A stretch of 24,000 bases of DNA from the NCBI GenBank assembly GCA_036815945.1, contig DAISFK010000004.1, positions 18,769 through 42,768 of the forward strand. Direction: 5' to 3'. The notes beneath the pieces are model-generated. The model saw nothing but the letters and a program-made list of their open reading frames with translations. It was not told the DNA's origin and did no database searches. This DNA comes from Nitrososphaeraceae archaeon. Lineage in GTDB: Archaea > Thermoproteota > Nitrososphaeria > Nitrososphaerales > Nitrososphaeraceae. Position 1 is the stretch's first letter. Each line of letters begins with the position of its first letter. Made by a program: the position numbers and the translations under genes. Shown piece after piece: positions 7,473 to 16,607 of the stretch.

Positions 7473-7976
7473 TTAAGCTCCATATTCTATTATTAACTCG
7501 ACGTTTCTAAGCTCCTTGGCAATTTCTTGGATTCTTCTGGTTTTAATGGCGTTCTTGGGGTCTTTTCGGTCTATTAGTACTCGAGTTAACTTCTTGCCAT
7601 CCGGCAGCCAGAAGAAGTTCATGTTCAGCACTTTCGACGGAAAAAATAGATTCTCCATAAACCTCCTGTCAGTTGCTTGCGCTTCAACGAACCAGACTGC
7701 TCCTCCAAACTCAGCTTCTATTTTCTTTAAAAGCTCCGGATTAGACCTCAGAAAACTGATATCAGAACCCCTAAGAAACAAAACAGAGTCCACTCCAGAT
7801 TTGGCCGCGCTGATCATGGACAATGTGTTGACCTCTTGTTCTCGTTCAGCGAGTCGAGTCAATTTTATTGCTGTTTCAATTTCTGTAGGAGTTAATTGGC
7901 CAGCTTCTAATTTGGCCTCACAGCCAGCACAGAGGACGCCAGTCTTGGCGTCAAAGGAACAAATCGGCGTCTTCAA
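7473..7976 (-). CDS. nusA: Archaeal NusA-family KH-domain protein with N-terminal Cys-containing extension
   Basis: The C-terminal half (DRRFMENLFFPSKVLNMNF...DGKKLTRVLIDRKDPKNAI...IQEIAKEL) is colinear with archaeal NusA-like proteins as I recall them. The GxxG loops look degenerate. TTG start immediately after an in-frame stop. Confidence 0.6.
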   Translation of the reverse strand: MKTPICSFDAKTGVLCAGCEAKLEAGQLTPTEIETAIKLTRLAEREQEVNTLSMISAAKSGVDSVLFLRGSDISFLRSNPELLKKIEAEFGGAVWFVEAQATDRRFMENLFFPSKVLNMNFFWLPDGKKLTRVLIDRKDPKNAIKTRRIQEIAKELRNVELIIEYGA

Positions 7977-8082
7977 CTATTACCCCTTTTCATAAACTAA
8001 GTTAATCGTTACGCCAATTATATATTTGGCTAATAATAGGCCACGACCTAACCGAGTCTTAGTAATTTGTTAGACTTGTACA

Positions 8083-9291
8083 CTAGGGATTGGATTGTGG
8101 CCTGACCTGTAATGACGAAATTGCATGGTCATCTACCATTGTACTTGCTCCTAGGCTAACAGAGATTATTTGGATCTTCAGATGTGTTTGTTCCACAGTT
8201 GACAAGTTATATTTGGCTGCTAAAATATTTCTAACCTGAGCTTCAGGGTCGATGACTTGGTTTACCTGCGATTCTAGTGTAATATCAAGCGTTTTTCCGA
8301 CCAACGGTGCTGGAAGTTTTCCTGACGTGTCGTTTAATATAGAAAAAAGAACCTTATCCATTGTTATAGCATGGGGAAGCGTCAATAGTGCATTCGCTGA
8401 ATAAAACACTTGCACGTTTAGTAGACTGGGCTGATCTTGCACCAGGGGGCGTGAAATTACTGTGGCGCTATTACCTGAAAAAGAAGCCAACCCACCTGCA
8501 TTTATCTGAGGTCGTATCACAATAAACCCTTCAATTAGGTTACCCGTGTTATTTTGAATGTTGAACAATTGGAGAATATTTTTGCATATTATACTTGCAG
8601 ATGTCTGAGGTTGGAGGGTCTTTAAAATAGACGTAGTACTTTTACCATTATTAACAACTGCATTCCATAAAAAAGGGACCGTGTAACTTTGACTGTTGAA
8701 TACACTAATGTCTGTGTCGTAGTGTCCTGGTCTAAGTGGACCATCATTTCCAGACACAGATCCGCATTCAAATTTAGCGCTGTAACTTACATCCTTTATT
8801 TGTGAATTGCTGTTGTCAAAGCTCCTCGCATTTAAAGGCAAATGCACAAATGCTGATGTGGCAGTATGCTTTGATGTCAACTCAACTATTCTTGACGAGC
8901 CGTTTGCTATGTAGCCTCCTGGAGCTTTTAATTCTGTTACATTGTATTTACCAGGTCGCAATCCTGACATCGTACTAATTCCAACCGTTGGATCACCTGG
9001 ATCAAGTGAATTGACCTTTGCGATATAATTACTCGAACTGTCAAATGGGTTTGGTGAAATTGAGTATGTCGCGCCGACCAAAGGAGATCCGTCAGAGCGA
9101 ATCGTAATGAGCCTAAGAGATGCATCTTGATAGTGAGTGCTGATGGGCTGTCTATCAATATGGCTTCTCTTGTCAACTTGATTTTGAGAAAGTTCGATAG
9201 ACGTGAAGGTAATAATGAGAGCTGTCACTACAACAAAGATTGAAATTATTATTGTGATATTTTTTAATCTCATCGAGCGTGAGGTAGACAA
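8083..9291 (-). CDS. Membrane-anchored/exported protein with SpaA-like (prealbumin-fold) domain and uncharacterised C-terminal region
   Basis: N-terminal hydrophobic helix IIISIFVVVTALIITF. SpaA/Cna-B-like pattern RSDGSPLVGATYSISPN...GLRPGKYNVTELKAPGGYI. The remainder has no recognisable motif. Confidence 0.65.
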   Translation of the reverse strand: MSTSRSMRLKNITIIISIFVVVTALIITFTSIELSQNQVDKRSHIDRQPISTHYQDASLRLITIRSDGSPLVGATYSISPNPFDSSSNYIAKVNSLDPGDPTVGISTMSGLRPGKYNVTELKAPGGYIANGSSRIVELTSKHTATSAFVHLPLNARSFDNSNSQIKDVSYSAKFECGSVSGNDGPLRPGHYDTDISVFNSQSYTVPFLWNAVVNNGKSTTSILKTLQPQTSASIICKNILQLFNIQNNTGNLIEGFIVIRPQINAGGLASFSGNSATVISRPLVQDQPSLLNVQVFYSANALLTLPHAITMDKVLFSILNDTSGKLPAPLVGKTLDITLESQVNQVIDPEAQVRNILAAKYNLSTVEQTHLKIQIISVSLGASTMVDDHAISSLQVRPQSNP

Positions 9292-9444
9292 ATAGTAATA
9301 CTTGCATCAATTTATACTCTTGGCAGATAATAGAATAGAATATGTATGGAGTCAATTTATGGAGCTTGGACTTACCCTCGTGTTCAGTCAGCCGTAAACG
9401 TTTAGATCGGTTATTATACGCTTGAAATAAAATATTATTCTTGA

Positions 9445-10410
9445 ATGACAGAACTATCGCAAGCTAAATTATCAGTAGTTGGACTAAAAGCCTATTATTT
9501 TGCTAATAAGGGCGTGGTGAAGGCGGTAGATAACATTACGTTTGCGATAGGGGAGAACGAATCTCTGGGAATAGCAGGTGAGTCGGCCTGCGGCAAAAGT
9601 ACTCTCGGATCCGCCCTCCTACGGGCATTGCAACCTCCTGGCAAAATTATAGGAGGAAACGTGATAATCAGTGGAATAGATATAGTAAAGCTGTCAGATA
9701 AGGATTTTAATAAATCGATTCGCTGGAAAAAAATCGCGATGATATTCCAGGGGGCAATGAATACGCTTGACCCCGTTTACAAGATAGGAGATCAGATGCG
9801 TGAAATTATGCAAATACATCAGTTCAAAGGAAATATCGAGGATAGTATTTTAGAATCGTTAGAGCAAGTTGGACTTGATCGCGATGTCGCGAAGAGGTAT
9901 CCTCATGAATTAAGCGGTGGAATGAAACAGCGTGTAGTTATAGCAATGGCGCTACTATTGAAACCAGATATTGTTATTGCTGACGAACCAACAACCGCCC
10001 TCGACGTGCTTGTTCAAGCACAAATAGTTAATGTCCTTAAGAGGTTAAAAAAGGAAAATGGTATGACGATAATCCTGATTACACATGACCTCGGTATCAT
10101 CTCAGAAATTGCAGACAAGATCGCAGTAATGTATGCAGGTCAAATAGTAGAAATAGGAAAGGCTTCGGATATATACGAAAATCCAAAACATCCGTACACT
10201 CAAGCCTTGATATCCGCCATCCCGACACTACACGATAGTAACAAGCAAATAGAGTACATCAAAGGTAATCCGCCGGATTTGACACGGCCACCACCAGGAT
10301 GTCGTTTCTACGAGCGCTGCCCTCATGCAATGGGTATCTGTAAAGAAGACCCCCCTGAGATCGCGACTGAAACAGGGTTTACACGGTGCTGGTTATATGT
10401 CAAGAGCTGA
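9445..10410 (+). CDS. ABC transporter ATP-binding protein, Dpp/Opp (oligopeptide/nickel) type
   Basis: Walker A GESACGKST, signature LSGGMKQR, Walker B IVIADEPTTALD, H-loop ITHDL, and the Opp/Dpp C-terminal domain HPYTQALISAIP...GCRFYERCP. Confidence 0.9.
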   Translation: MTELSQAKLSVVGLKAYYFANKGVVKAVDNITFAIGENESLGIAGESACGKSTLGSALLRALQPPGKIIGGNVIISGIDIVKLSDKDFNKSIRWKKIAMIFQGAMNTLDPVYKIGDQMREIMQIHQFKGNIEDSILESLEQVGLDRDVAKRYPHELSGGMKQRVVIAMALLLKPDIVIADEPTTALDVLVQAQIVNVLKRLKKENGMTIILITHDLGIISEIADKIAVMYAGQIVEIGKASDIYENPKHPYTQALISAIPTLHDSNKQIEYIKGNPPDLTRPPPGCRFYERCPHAMGICKEDPPEIATETGFTRCWLYVKS

Positions 10411-10418
10411 TAAAATCC

Positions 10419-10661
10419 TCATTGATAGTCATGTAATGGTTTATCTTTATGGGCAGCTACTTTAGCATTCACCTGATTACCATGATGAGTGTTAATATGA
10501 GTATTTGCACATAAATCGTGCATAATTCCGATATCGCAGAATTCACAGGAAGTAACGAAGTCTAGATCGTTGAATCTCTCGTTACAATAAGCACATATCT
10601 CGGAACCTAAATCATACTCTGACAAAGGTTTTATCCATGCCTCGCGCCATAAAAGCATCAT
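10419..10661 (-). CDS. Small Cys/His-rich putative zinc-binding protein
   Basis: 80 aa. Ligand pattern CxxC-x12-CxxC-x5-HxxC-x3-H-x3-HH. Compact spacing to the neighbouring gene (8 bp, convergent). Confidence 0.5.
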   Translation of the reverse strand: MMLLWREAWIKPLSEYDLGSEICAYCNERFNDLDFVTSCEFCDIGIMHDLCANTHINTHHGNQVNAKVAAHKDKPLHDYQ

Positions 10662-10815
10662 TTGGCTAAGTCATAGAAATGGCGCATTATTAAATCTGAC
10701 ATATTTAGAACAATACAAAACTATGAAAATTACAGTTTCGCAGTCTTCTGGGCTAAGAAACCAATTACTATGTTTATTGTCTGCAAATCATAGTACATTG
10801 TCATTAGTCTATGCG

Positions 10816-10822
10816 TTTATAT
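10816..10822 (+). promoter_or_regulatory. TATA-like box (TTTATAT) for sufS
   Basis: Starts 30 nt upstream of the ATG at 10846. Confidence 0.4.
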
Positions 10823-10845
10823 CTTAAGGAGTTGTTATAATAACA

Positions 10846-12090
10846 ATGCAGAAGAGTGCCCTCAGTGTCTACGAGATCAGACAGGACTTTCCTATTCTTA
10901 AGCGCAAAGTTGGTGATAATAAAACACTGGTCTATCTGGATAACGCTGCTACTACTCAAAAACCGTTCTCGGTGATAAACGCAATTCACGATTATTATTC
11001 AAATTACAATGCAAACATTCACCGGGCAGTTCACCAATTGGGAGAGGAGGCAACACTTGCCTATGAGCAGACAAGGGAGAAGGTTGCCAAATTTATCAAT
11101 GCAAGCTCTACAGAAGAAATAATTTTTACTCGTAATGCTACTGAAGCTATTAACCTCGTATCTTATGCGTGGGGGCGCAAAAACGTGAAGGATGGTGAAA
11201 GTATTGTAATAACCGAAATGGAGCATCACAGTAATATTGTTCCCTGGCAGATCCTGAGCAGAGAAAAAAACGCAAAACTCTGCTACATCGGAGTGGACGA
11301 TCGTGGATATCTGAGGATGGAAGAATACAAAAGCTTTCTAGACAAAAGCAATGTGGGGCTGATCTCGCTGAGCGAAATGTCGAACGTTTTGGGTACCATA
11401 GTGCCTTTAAATGAGATTATAAAAATGGCTCATCGTGATGGTATTCCAGTACTTGTGGATGCAGCGCAGTCGGTACCTCATATGCCGGTGGACGTACAGA
11501 AAACAGATTGTGATTTTCTCGCATTCTCTGCCCATAAAATGCTTGGGCCGACAGGAGTCGGTATTTTGTACGTAAAACGAAAGATACTCGAAGAAATGCC
11601 TCCCTTCATAGGTGGTGGGGATATGATAAAAGAGGTTCACAAACAGAACACTGTATACAACGACTTACCGTACAGATTTGAAGGCGGCACCCCAAATATA
11701 GCAGGCGTCATTGGTTTTGGCGCTGCCCTCGATTATCTTAACAGAATAGGTATGAATAGAGTACGAGACCACGAAATCGATATTACCGAATATGCAATGA
11801 GTGCTCTTGCTGATATCAAAGATGTAATACTCTATGGTCCGATGGATGCAAACGACCGTGGTGGAGTAATATCATTTAATATAGCCGATATACACCCCCA
11901 TGATCTGGCCACTATTATGAATGAACGTGGAGTTGCAATCCGTTCGGGTCATCATTGTGCACAGGTGTTAATGGAGAGACTAGATGTGCCTGCAACCTCT
12001 CGGGCAAGTTTTTATATCTATAACACAAAAGAAGAGGTCGATATATTCATTGATGCACTTCATAACGCACGGAGAATATTCAAGATATGA
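10846..12090 (+). CDS. sufS: Cysteine desulfurase, SufS/CsdA group II
   Basis: LDNAATTQKP, EHHSNIVPW, PLP-lysine FSAHKMLGPTGVG, catalytic Cys RSGHHCAQ. Confidence 0.92.
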   Translation: MQKSALSVYEIRQDFPILKRKVGDNKTLVYLDNAATTQKPFSVINAIHDYYSNYNANIHRAVHQLGEEATLAYEQTREKVAKFINASSTEEIIFTRNATEAINLVSYAWGRKNVKDGESIVITEMEHHSNIVPWQILSREKNAKLCYIGVDDRGYLRMEEYKSFLDKSNVGLISLSEMSNVLGTIVPLNEIIKMAHRDGIPVLVDAAQSVPHMPVDVQKTDCDFLAFSAHKMLGPTGVGILYVKRKILEEMPPFIGGGDMIKEVHKQNTVYNDLPYRFEGGTPNIAGVIGFGAALDYLNRIGMNRVRDHEIDITEYAMSALADIKDVILYGPMDANDRGGVISFNIADIHPHDLATIMNERGVAIRSGHHCAQVLMERLDVPATSRASFYIYNTKEEVDIFIDALHNARRIFKI

Positions 12091-12515
12091 GCGATGATAT
12101 TTATCGTGAAATTATTCTAGACCACTATCGAAATCCTAGGAATAAGGGAAGACTACCTAACCCTGATGTCAGCATCCACGATAGTAATCCGCTATGTGGC
12201 GACGAAATTGATATGCATCTCAAAGTTGAAGAAGACAAAATTAAGGATATTAAATTTGAAGGAAGGGGATGTGCAATCAGCCAAGCGAGTGCCTCTATGC
12301 TTACAGAAATGGTTCTAAATAAGCCATTGAAGCATGTTAAGGATTTGGTAAAGGAGGACATCTTGGAAAATATAGGGTTGACAAACTTAGGACCAGCAAG
12401 GATCAAATGTGCGTTACTCTCTCTGAAAGTGCTCAAAATGAGCATGGTGAAGTATTATGCTGATAGAGATCCGGAGTCAGCCAGCAAGTACCAAAACGAA
12501 CCTGGGGCATATTGA
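12087..12515 (+). CDS. sufU: SufU/IscU-like Fe-S cluster assembly sulfur-transfer/scaffold protein
   Basis: YRNPRNKG, NPLCGD, GRGCAISQASASM and KCALLS motifs. The start overlaps the sufS stop in ATGA. Confidence 0.88.
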   Translation: MSDDIYREIILDHYRNPRNKGRLPNPDVSIHDSNPLCGDEIDMHLKVEEDKIKDIKFEGRGCAISQASASMLTEMVLNKPLKHVKDLVKEDILENIGLTNLGPARIKCALLSLKVLKMSMVKYYADRDPESASKYQNEPGAY

Positions 12516-12718
12516 AATCGTATCATAAAATCAGAGGACATGGCAGTTGGACACTAAAAAGAAAAACAATAGTCGCCATGGCATGTAGATATCACTAAAG
12601 TCTGAACACCAACATTAATTTATTGTGTAGAAGGCAACGACTGACCCTGCTATTTATCACACCACTCATCCCGTCGTGCCTCTGTTTCGGTAGAGGGCAT
12701 TTACTGTAAACAATTAAA

Positions 12719-13459
12719 ATGAATAAACCCATAAGATGCTCGATGCAGCTGTCTCGAGTCTGGGCGCATTGGATAATGAAAATTAGGTCATTTGAATTTA
12801 TAATATTAGCAATTGCGTTTGTTTGCCTTTCAGCTATGGTTGCATCTGGATTAACTACTAGTTTTGACAAGATTATAAACGCACACGCTAAGGATGTTCA
12901 AGGAAATGAGAAGCTGGATATACTGATGATAGCCGTTACGTCGTTGGGCGATCTCTCTACCTTAGTTATCATCGGGATCGTCCTTACCATTATTCGTCGT
13001 ACCAGAAAAATGGGGCTCATTTTCTTGATAAGCATCGTATTCATATCGATTTCAATAATCTACCTAAAGCCTGTGATTGGTAGGCATGCCCCTCCAAATG
13101 AGTTTCAAACGTCTTTGGTTTTTCCTAAATACTTTGTACTAGAAGACGATAGTGTAGCACCATTCGCACGCGGCGATTCGTATCCTTCTAATCATGTTGC
13201 AATCGCAACTGCCCTCGCTTTTGTCGTGGGCTTTCAAATTAATAAAAAATCCAGAATCGGCGGTTTATTAATATGGTGTTTCCCAGCGCTGATTGGCATC
13301 ACTAAATTATACTTGATGCAACATTATTTCACCGACATAATTGGTGGTTTCCTCTTGGGATTGATTATTTCTATAATAACGAGCAATGTGATGCATCTTG
13401 ATCAGCCGTTTCTGATGTCCAGATTTAAAGGAAAAGAGGATATGGATACTCAGCAGTAG
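12719..13459 (+). CDS. PAP2-family (type 2 phosphatidic acid phosphatase-like) membrane phosphatase
   Basis: Multi-pass hydrophobic protein with degenerate PAP2 motifs KPVIGRHAP, YPSNH and MQHYFTDIIGG. The start is uncertain: in-frame ATGs at 12743 and 12776 are alternatives. Confidence 0.7.
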   Translation: MNKPIRCSMQLSRVWAHWIMKIRSFEFIILAIAFVCLSAMVASGLTTSFDKIINAHAKDVQGNEKLDILMIAVTSLGDLSTLVIIGIVLTIIRRTRKMGLIFLISIVFISISIIYLKPVIGRHAPPNEFQTSLVFPKYFVLEDDSVAPFARGDSYPSNHVAIATALAFVVGFQINKKSRIGGLLIWCFPALIGITKLYLMQHYFTDIIGGFLLGLIISIITSNVMHLDQPFLMSRFKGKEDMDTQQ

Positions 13460-13620
13460 CTAAAGACGGGCCTGACTCCGATGCAACTATGGCATGCATA
13501 AATGCAACCCCATGAAAATCCCAATCTTTGAAATAATAACGGCTGACAAACGACACAACACGGAGAGTATTTAATGATGCTTGACTGACGATCCTGTTAA
13601 AGCGTCTAGATTAATTAATT

Positions 13621-14373
13621 TTATATCTTACAGACAGGAGGCAAAAACTGCTTATGCTTATTTTTTTCGACGAGCTTTATCACCTTTTGTACCTTTTCAT
13701 CGCCGAATTTTGTACGATGAGATTTATTTCTTTTCAAATCTCTAAGTATTTCATCTATCACTTCATAAGTTAATCCTATCTCGGCTTCCGCTGTTTGTCC
13801 TTTCCATAAGCCTGGGCTGCTTTTTTTCTCCAATATGTTAGGTGGAATATGCATATATCTTCCCATTTCCCTAACCTCTGTTTTATACAAGCCTGCTATT
13901 GGAAGGATGTCGGCGGCACCATCGCCATACTTGGTAAAATATCCTAATTCTAATTCACTTCTATCAGAAGTTCCAATCACAATTAGCTTTCTTATTGCGG
14001 CATAATAGTAAAGTATACACATTCTCAGCCTTACTGCAAGATTCCCTTGGGCGAACTTGTTTGAAGGGAGTTGTCTTACCAAGTTGTTTTTAGCTGAACC
14101 GATTTCGATCAACTTATGATTTATCTTCAAATCCTTCGCCAAACCTGCAGCATCTTTTCTTTCGCGCGGATGTGGAATTGTTTTGGAATCGGGCAAAATT
14201 AGCCCGAACACTCGAGAAGGCCCTAGAGCTTTGACAGCCAATACTGCGGCTACTGAAGAGTCGACTCCACCACTAAGTCCGAGGACGACCCCCTCGGACT
14301 TGCGCTGTTTAACCTCGCGAACAATGAAATCGGAAATAATTTTAGAAGCTTTAGATGGTTGCATGATTTCCAT
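13621..14373 (-). CDS. nadE: NH3-dependent NAD+ synthetase
   Basis: PP-loop GLSGGVDSS. GTSDRSELELGYFTKYGDG is typical of NadE. Confidence 0.88.
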   Translation of the reverse strand: MEIMQPSKASKIISDFIVREVKQRKSEGVVLGLSGGVDSSVAAVLAVKALGPSRVFGLILPDSKTIPHPRERKDAAGLAKDLKINHKLIEIGSAKNNLVRQLPSNKFAQGNLAVRLRMCILYYYAAIRKLIVIGTSDRSELELGYFTKYGDGAADILPIAGLYKTEVREMGRYMHIPPNILEKKSSPGLWKGQTAEAEIGLTYEVIDEILRDLKRNKSHRTKFGDEKVQKVIKLVEKNKHKQFLPPVCKI

Positions 14374-14517
14374 AACAGGTGATAATTATTTAATTATATT
14401 GGGAATTTTGGCTCTAGGTTGTTTTTCTATATTCATATGATCTTAATGGATAAAACGTCTCGAAAAGAAAGCAAAATAAAAATGGGTAAACTTCCAACGT
14501 ACAGCTCACAACATTAA

Positions 14518-14525
14518 TTTAAATA
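14518..14525 (+). promoter_or_regulatory. TATA-like box (TTTAAATA) for citrate synthase
   Basis: Starts 31 nt upstream of the ATG at 14549. Confidence 0.4.
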
Positions 14526-14548
14526 CAAACTTGTAGAACTACATCTAG

Positions 14549-15730
14549 ATGGATACTAGAAATATCGGCTTGAGAAATATAGAGGTTGCTGATACAAAGA
14601 TCAGTTCCATAGACGGCGAAAACGGCAAGCTAATTTATCGCGGATATGATATTTTGGATCTGGTAAACCATTCCACCTTTGAAGAAACAGCCTACCTGCT
14701 CTTGTTTGGAGAGCTCCCAAGCACAAGAAGCTTGGCAGATTTTTCTGGTCGACTTAGGGAAGCTCGTAGTCTACCAGAACCGACTATCAAAACTCTGATG
14801 ACTCGGCCTACGCGAGCACGTCCTATGGATGTCCTGCAGTCATCTATTTCCGAGCTTCCTGACTACGACATAAATATGGATGATGATTTGAAGGAAGCTA
14901 ATATCGAAAGAGCAATTGTTCTCATGTCAAAGATTCCGACAATTGTTGCGGCGTGGGATCGGATTCGAAAAGGGTTGCAGGTTGTCGATCCAAGAGGGGA
15001 AGGATCACACGCGGCGAATTTTCTCTATATGTTGCGCGGTAAAGATGCTAACAAGGAAGAATCGAAGATATTCGACATCTGTCTTATATTGCATGCCGAA
15101 CATAGTTTCAACGCATCCACTTTTGCAGCCAGGGAAATAGCCTCCACTAGAGCTCATATGTATGCGTCGATCGGCGGGGCAGTTGGTGCTTTGTCTGGTG
15201 AACTACATGGTGGTGCGAATATTCAGGTTATGAAAATGCTACTTGAGATAGGAGACCTAAATAAGGCACAAGAGTGGGTGGAGGATAAATTAGAACGAGG
15301 TGGAAGAGTCATGGGAATGGGACATGCAGTATACAAGACCACCGACCCCAGAGCAGATGTCCTTTCAAGTTTGTCCCGAATCGTGGCTCATCAAACGGGT
15401 ACAAAGTGGTATGAAATTACAGAACGTGTCGAGAAAGCAACCAAGAAGTATATGCTTGAACACCATAGACAGCCAATATATCCAAATGTCGACCTATATA
15501 GCGCATCCTTATACTACAGCATGGGTCTCCCAATGGATCTTAATACTCCAATATTCGCGATTTCAAGAATCTCCGGCTGGTGCGCTCATGTTATTGAAGA
15601 AAAGTTTGCAGAAGCTGCTCCGAAGCCTGCTCTTTATCGACCGAAGGCCCTATATGTCGGAAGGTATTGCGGCCCCATGGGATGTGAATATATTCCCATC
15701 GATAATCGAGCTAAGGAGCTAGATGCTTAA
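14549..15730 (+). CDS. gltA: Citrate synthase (or 2-methylcitrate synthase)
   Basis: LILHAEHSFNAST and the signature GMGHAVYKTTDPR. 393 aa. Confidence 0.92.
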   Translation: MDTRNIGLRNIEVADTKISSIDGENGKLIYRGYDILDLVNHSTFEETAYLLLFGELPSTRSLADFSGRLREARSLPEPTIKTLMTRPTRARPMDVLQSSISELPDYDINMDDDLKEANIERAIVLMSKIPTIVAAWDRIRKGLQVVDPRGEGSHAANFLYMLRGKDANKEESKIFDICLILHAEHSFNASTFAAREIASTRAHMYASIGGAVGALSGELHGGANIQVMKMLLEIGDLNKAQEWVEDKLERGGRVMGMGHAVYKTTDPRADVLSSLSRIVAHQTGTKWYEITERVEKATKKYMLEHHRQPIYPNVDLYSASLYYSMGLPMDLNTPIFAISRISGWCAHVIEEKFAEAAPKPALYRPKALYVGRYCGPMGCEYIPIDNRAKELDA

Positions 15731-15883
15731 CCTTATCCAATAACAATAATATCGAAAATAATAATGATAATAAGGACTCTTAAATAACGCTTATGATATT
15801 AGTGAAACATATCTCTAATACTTTCACCAGAACATGACTTTTAAATCTACATACATTCTAGATCAATAGATTTGAAAATATCT

Positions 15884-16354
15884 ATGCTGTCCAAAACAGA
15901 GAGTGCCGTTTTAATGGATCTAATTAGAGAAAAGTGGCCCGTAGATGTTATCCCAAAAATTAAGACCTTCAAGGTATATCAGGTCGAAGAAGGCAAATTT
16001 TTACTACAGGCTGAGAATTTTTTCGCAATTCAAACACGTGAATCTGTGATCTTACCATTTCTGGGCAAACCTGATCTGCTAGACCGCTTCCCTTCCGTTT
16101 ATGTAGATATGGGTGCCATCAAATTCGTCTGCAACGGAGCTAAAGTGATGAGACCAGGAATAACAAGTTTTGACAACTTCAAGAAAGATGGGATTGTTAC
16201 TGTCAAAGATCAGACCTACAAGAAGGGGTTGGCTGTAGGCCTGGCTCTTGAAGATAGCGAAATTGCTGCCTCTATGTCAAACGGATATGTGATAGACAAT
16301 TTGCATTACATTAGCGATAAATTCTGGGAGGCTTACAAGTCGATTGCACAGTAG
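15884..16354 (+). CDS. PUA-domain RNA-binding protein (universal archaeal Tma20/MCT-1-like)
   Basis: The C-terminal segment AIKFVCNGAKVMRPGI...DGIVTVKD...KGLAVGLAL is typical of PUA. The ATG at 15884 is preferred over the TTG at 15872. Confidence 0.7.
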   Translation: MLSKTESAVLMDLIREKWPVDVIPKIKTFKVYQVEEGKFLLQAENFFAIQTRESVILPFLGKPDLLDRFPSVYVDMGAIKFVCNGAKVMRPGITSFDNFKKDGIVTVKDQTYKKGLAVGLALEDSEIAASMSNGYVIDNLHYISDKFWEAYKSIAQ

Positions 16355-16607
16355 TTCAGTAATATTGAAGACTAGTTGTGGGTCGAGTAAGAGATTTGTT
16401 TAAACCAAAGGGTCCGTGGCATAATCTCCAATCGCGAGCGACCCCATAGCTACAATAGGTATCGAATGGGATGAAACGCATTTAGATGATCCTCTAGCCG
16501 GATCTAACATTCCAATGGTCGTTGATCGGCGCCGTGCTTTAGATAGACCAGCCTATAAGGAAAAGGACAGATAGTAATACCAGTGTTACAATCTCGCCAA
16601 ACGTATT

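Noticed and set aside
9307-9360. 9-bp direct repeat TCAATTTAT (9307-9315 and 9352-9360) in the divergent promoter region
   Set aside because: It is short, AT-rich and overlaps likely TATA elements, so it is plausibly chance or simply the two promoters.
12595-12870. 91-aa minus-strand ORF overlapping the PAP2 gene start
   Set aside because: It has no motif and overlaps the hydrophobic N-terminus of the PAP2 protein. It is most likely spurious.
14916-15722. Alternative-frame + ORFs (14916..15140 and 15300..15722) within citrate synthase
   Set aside because: They are on the same strand but out of frame with a gene carrying the citrate synthase signature, and have no independent support.
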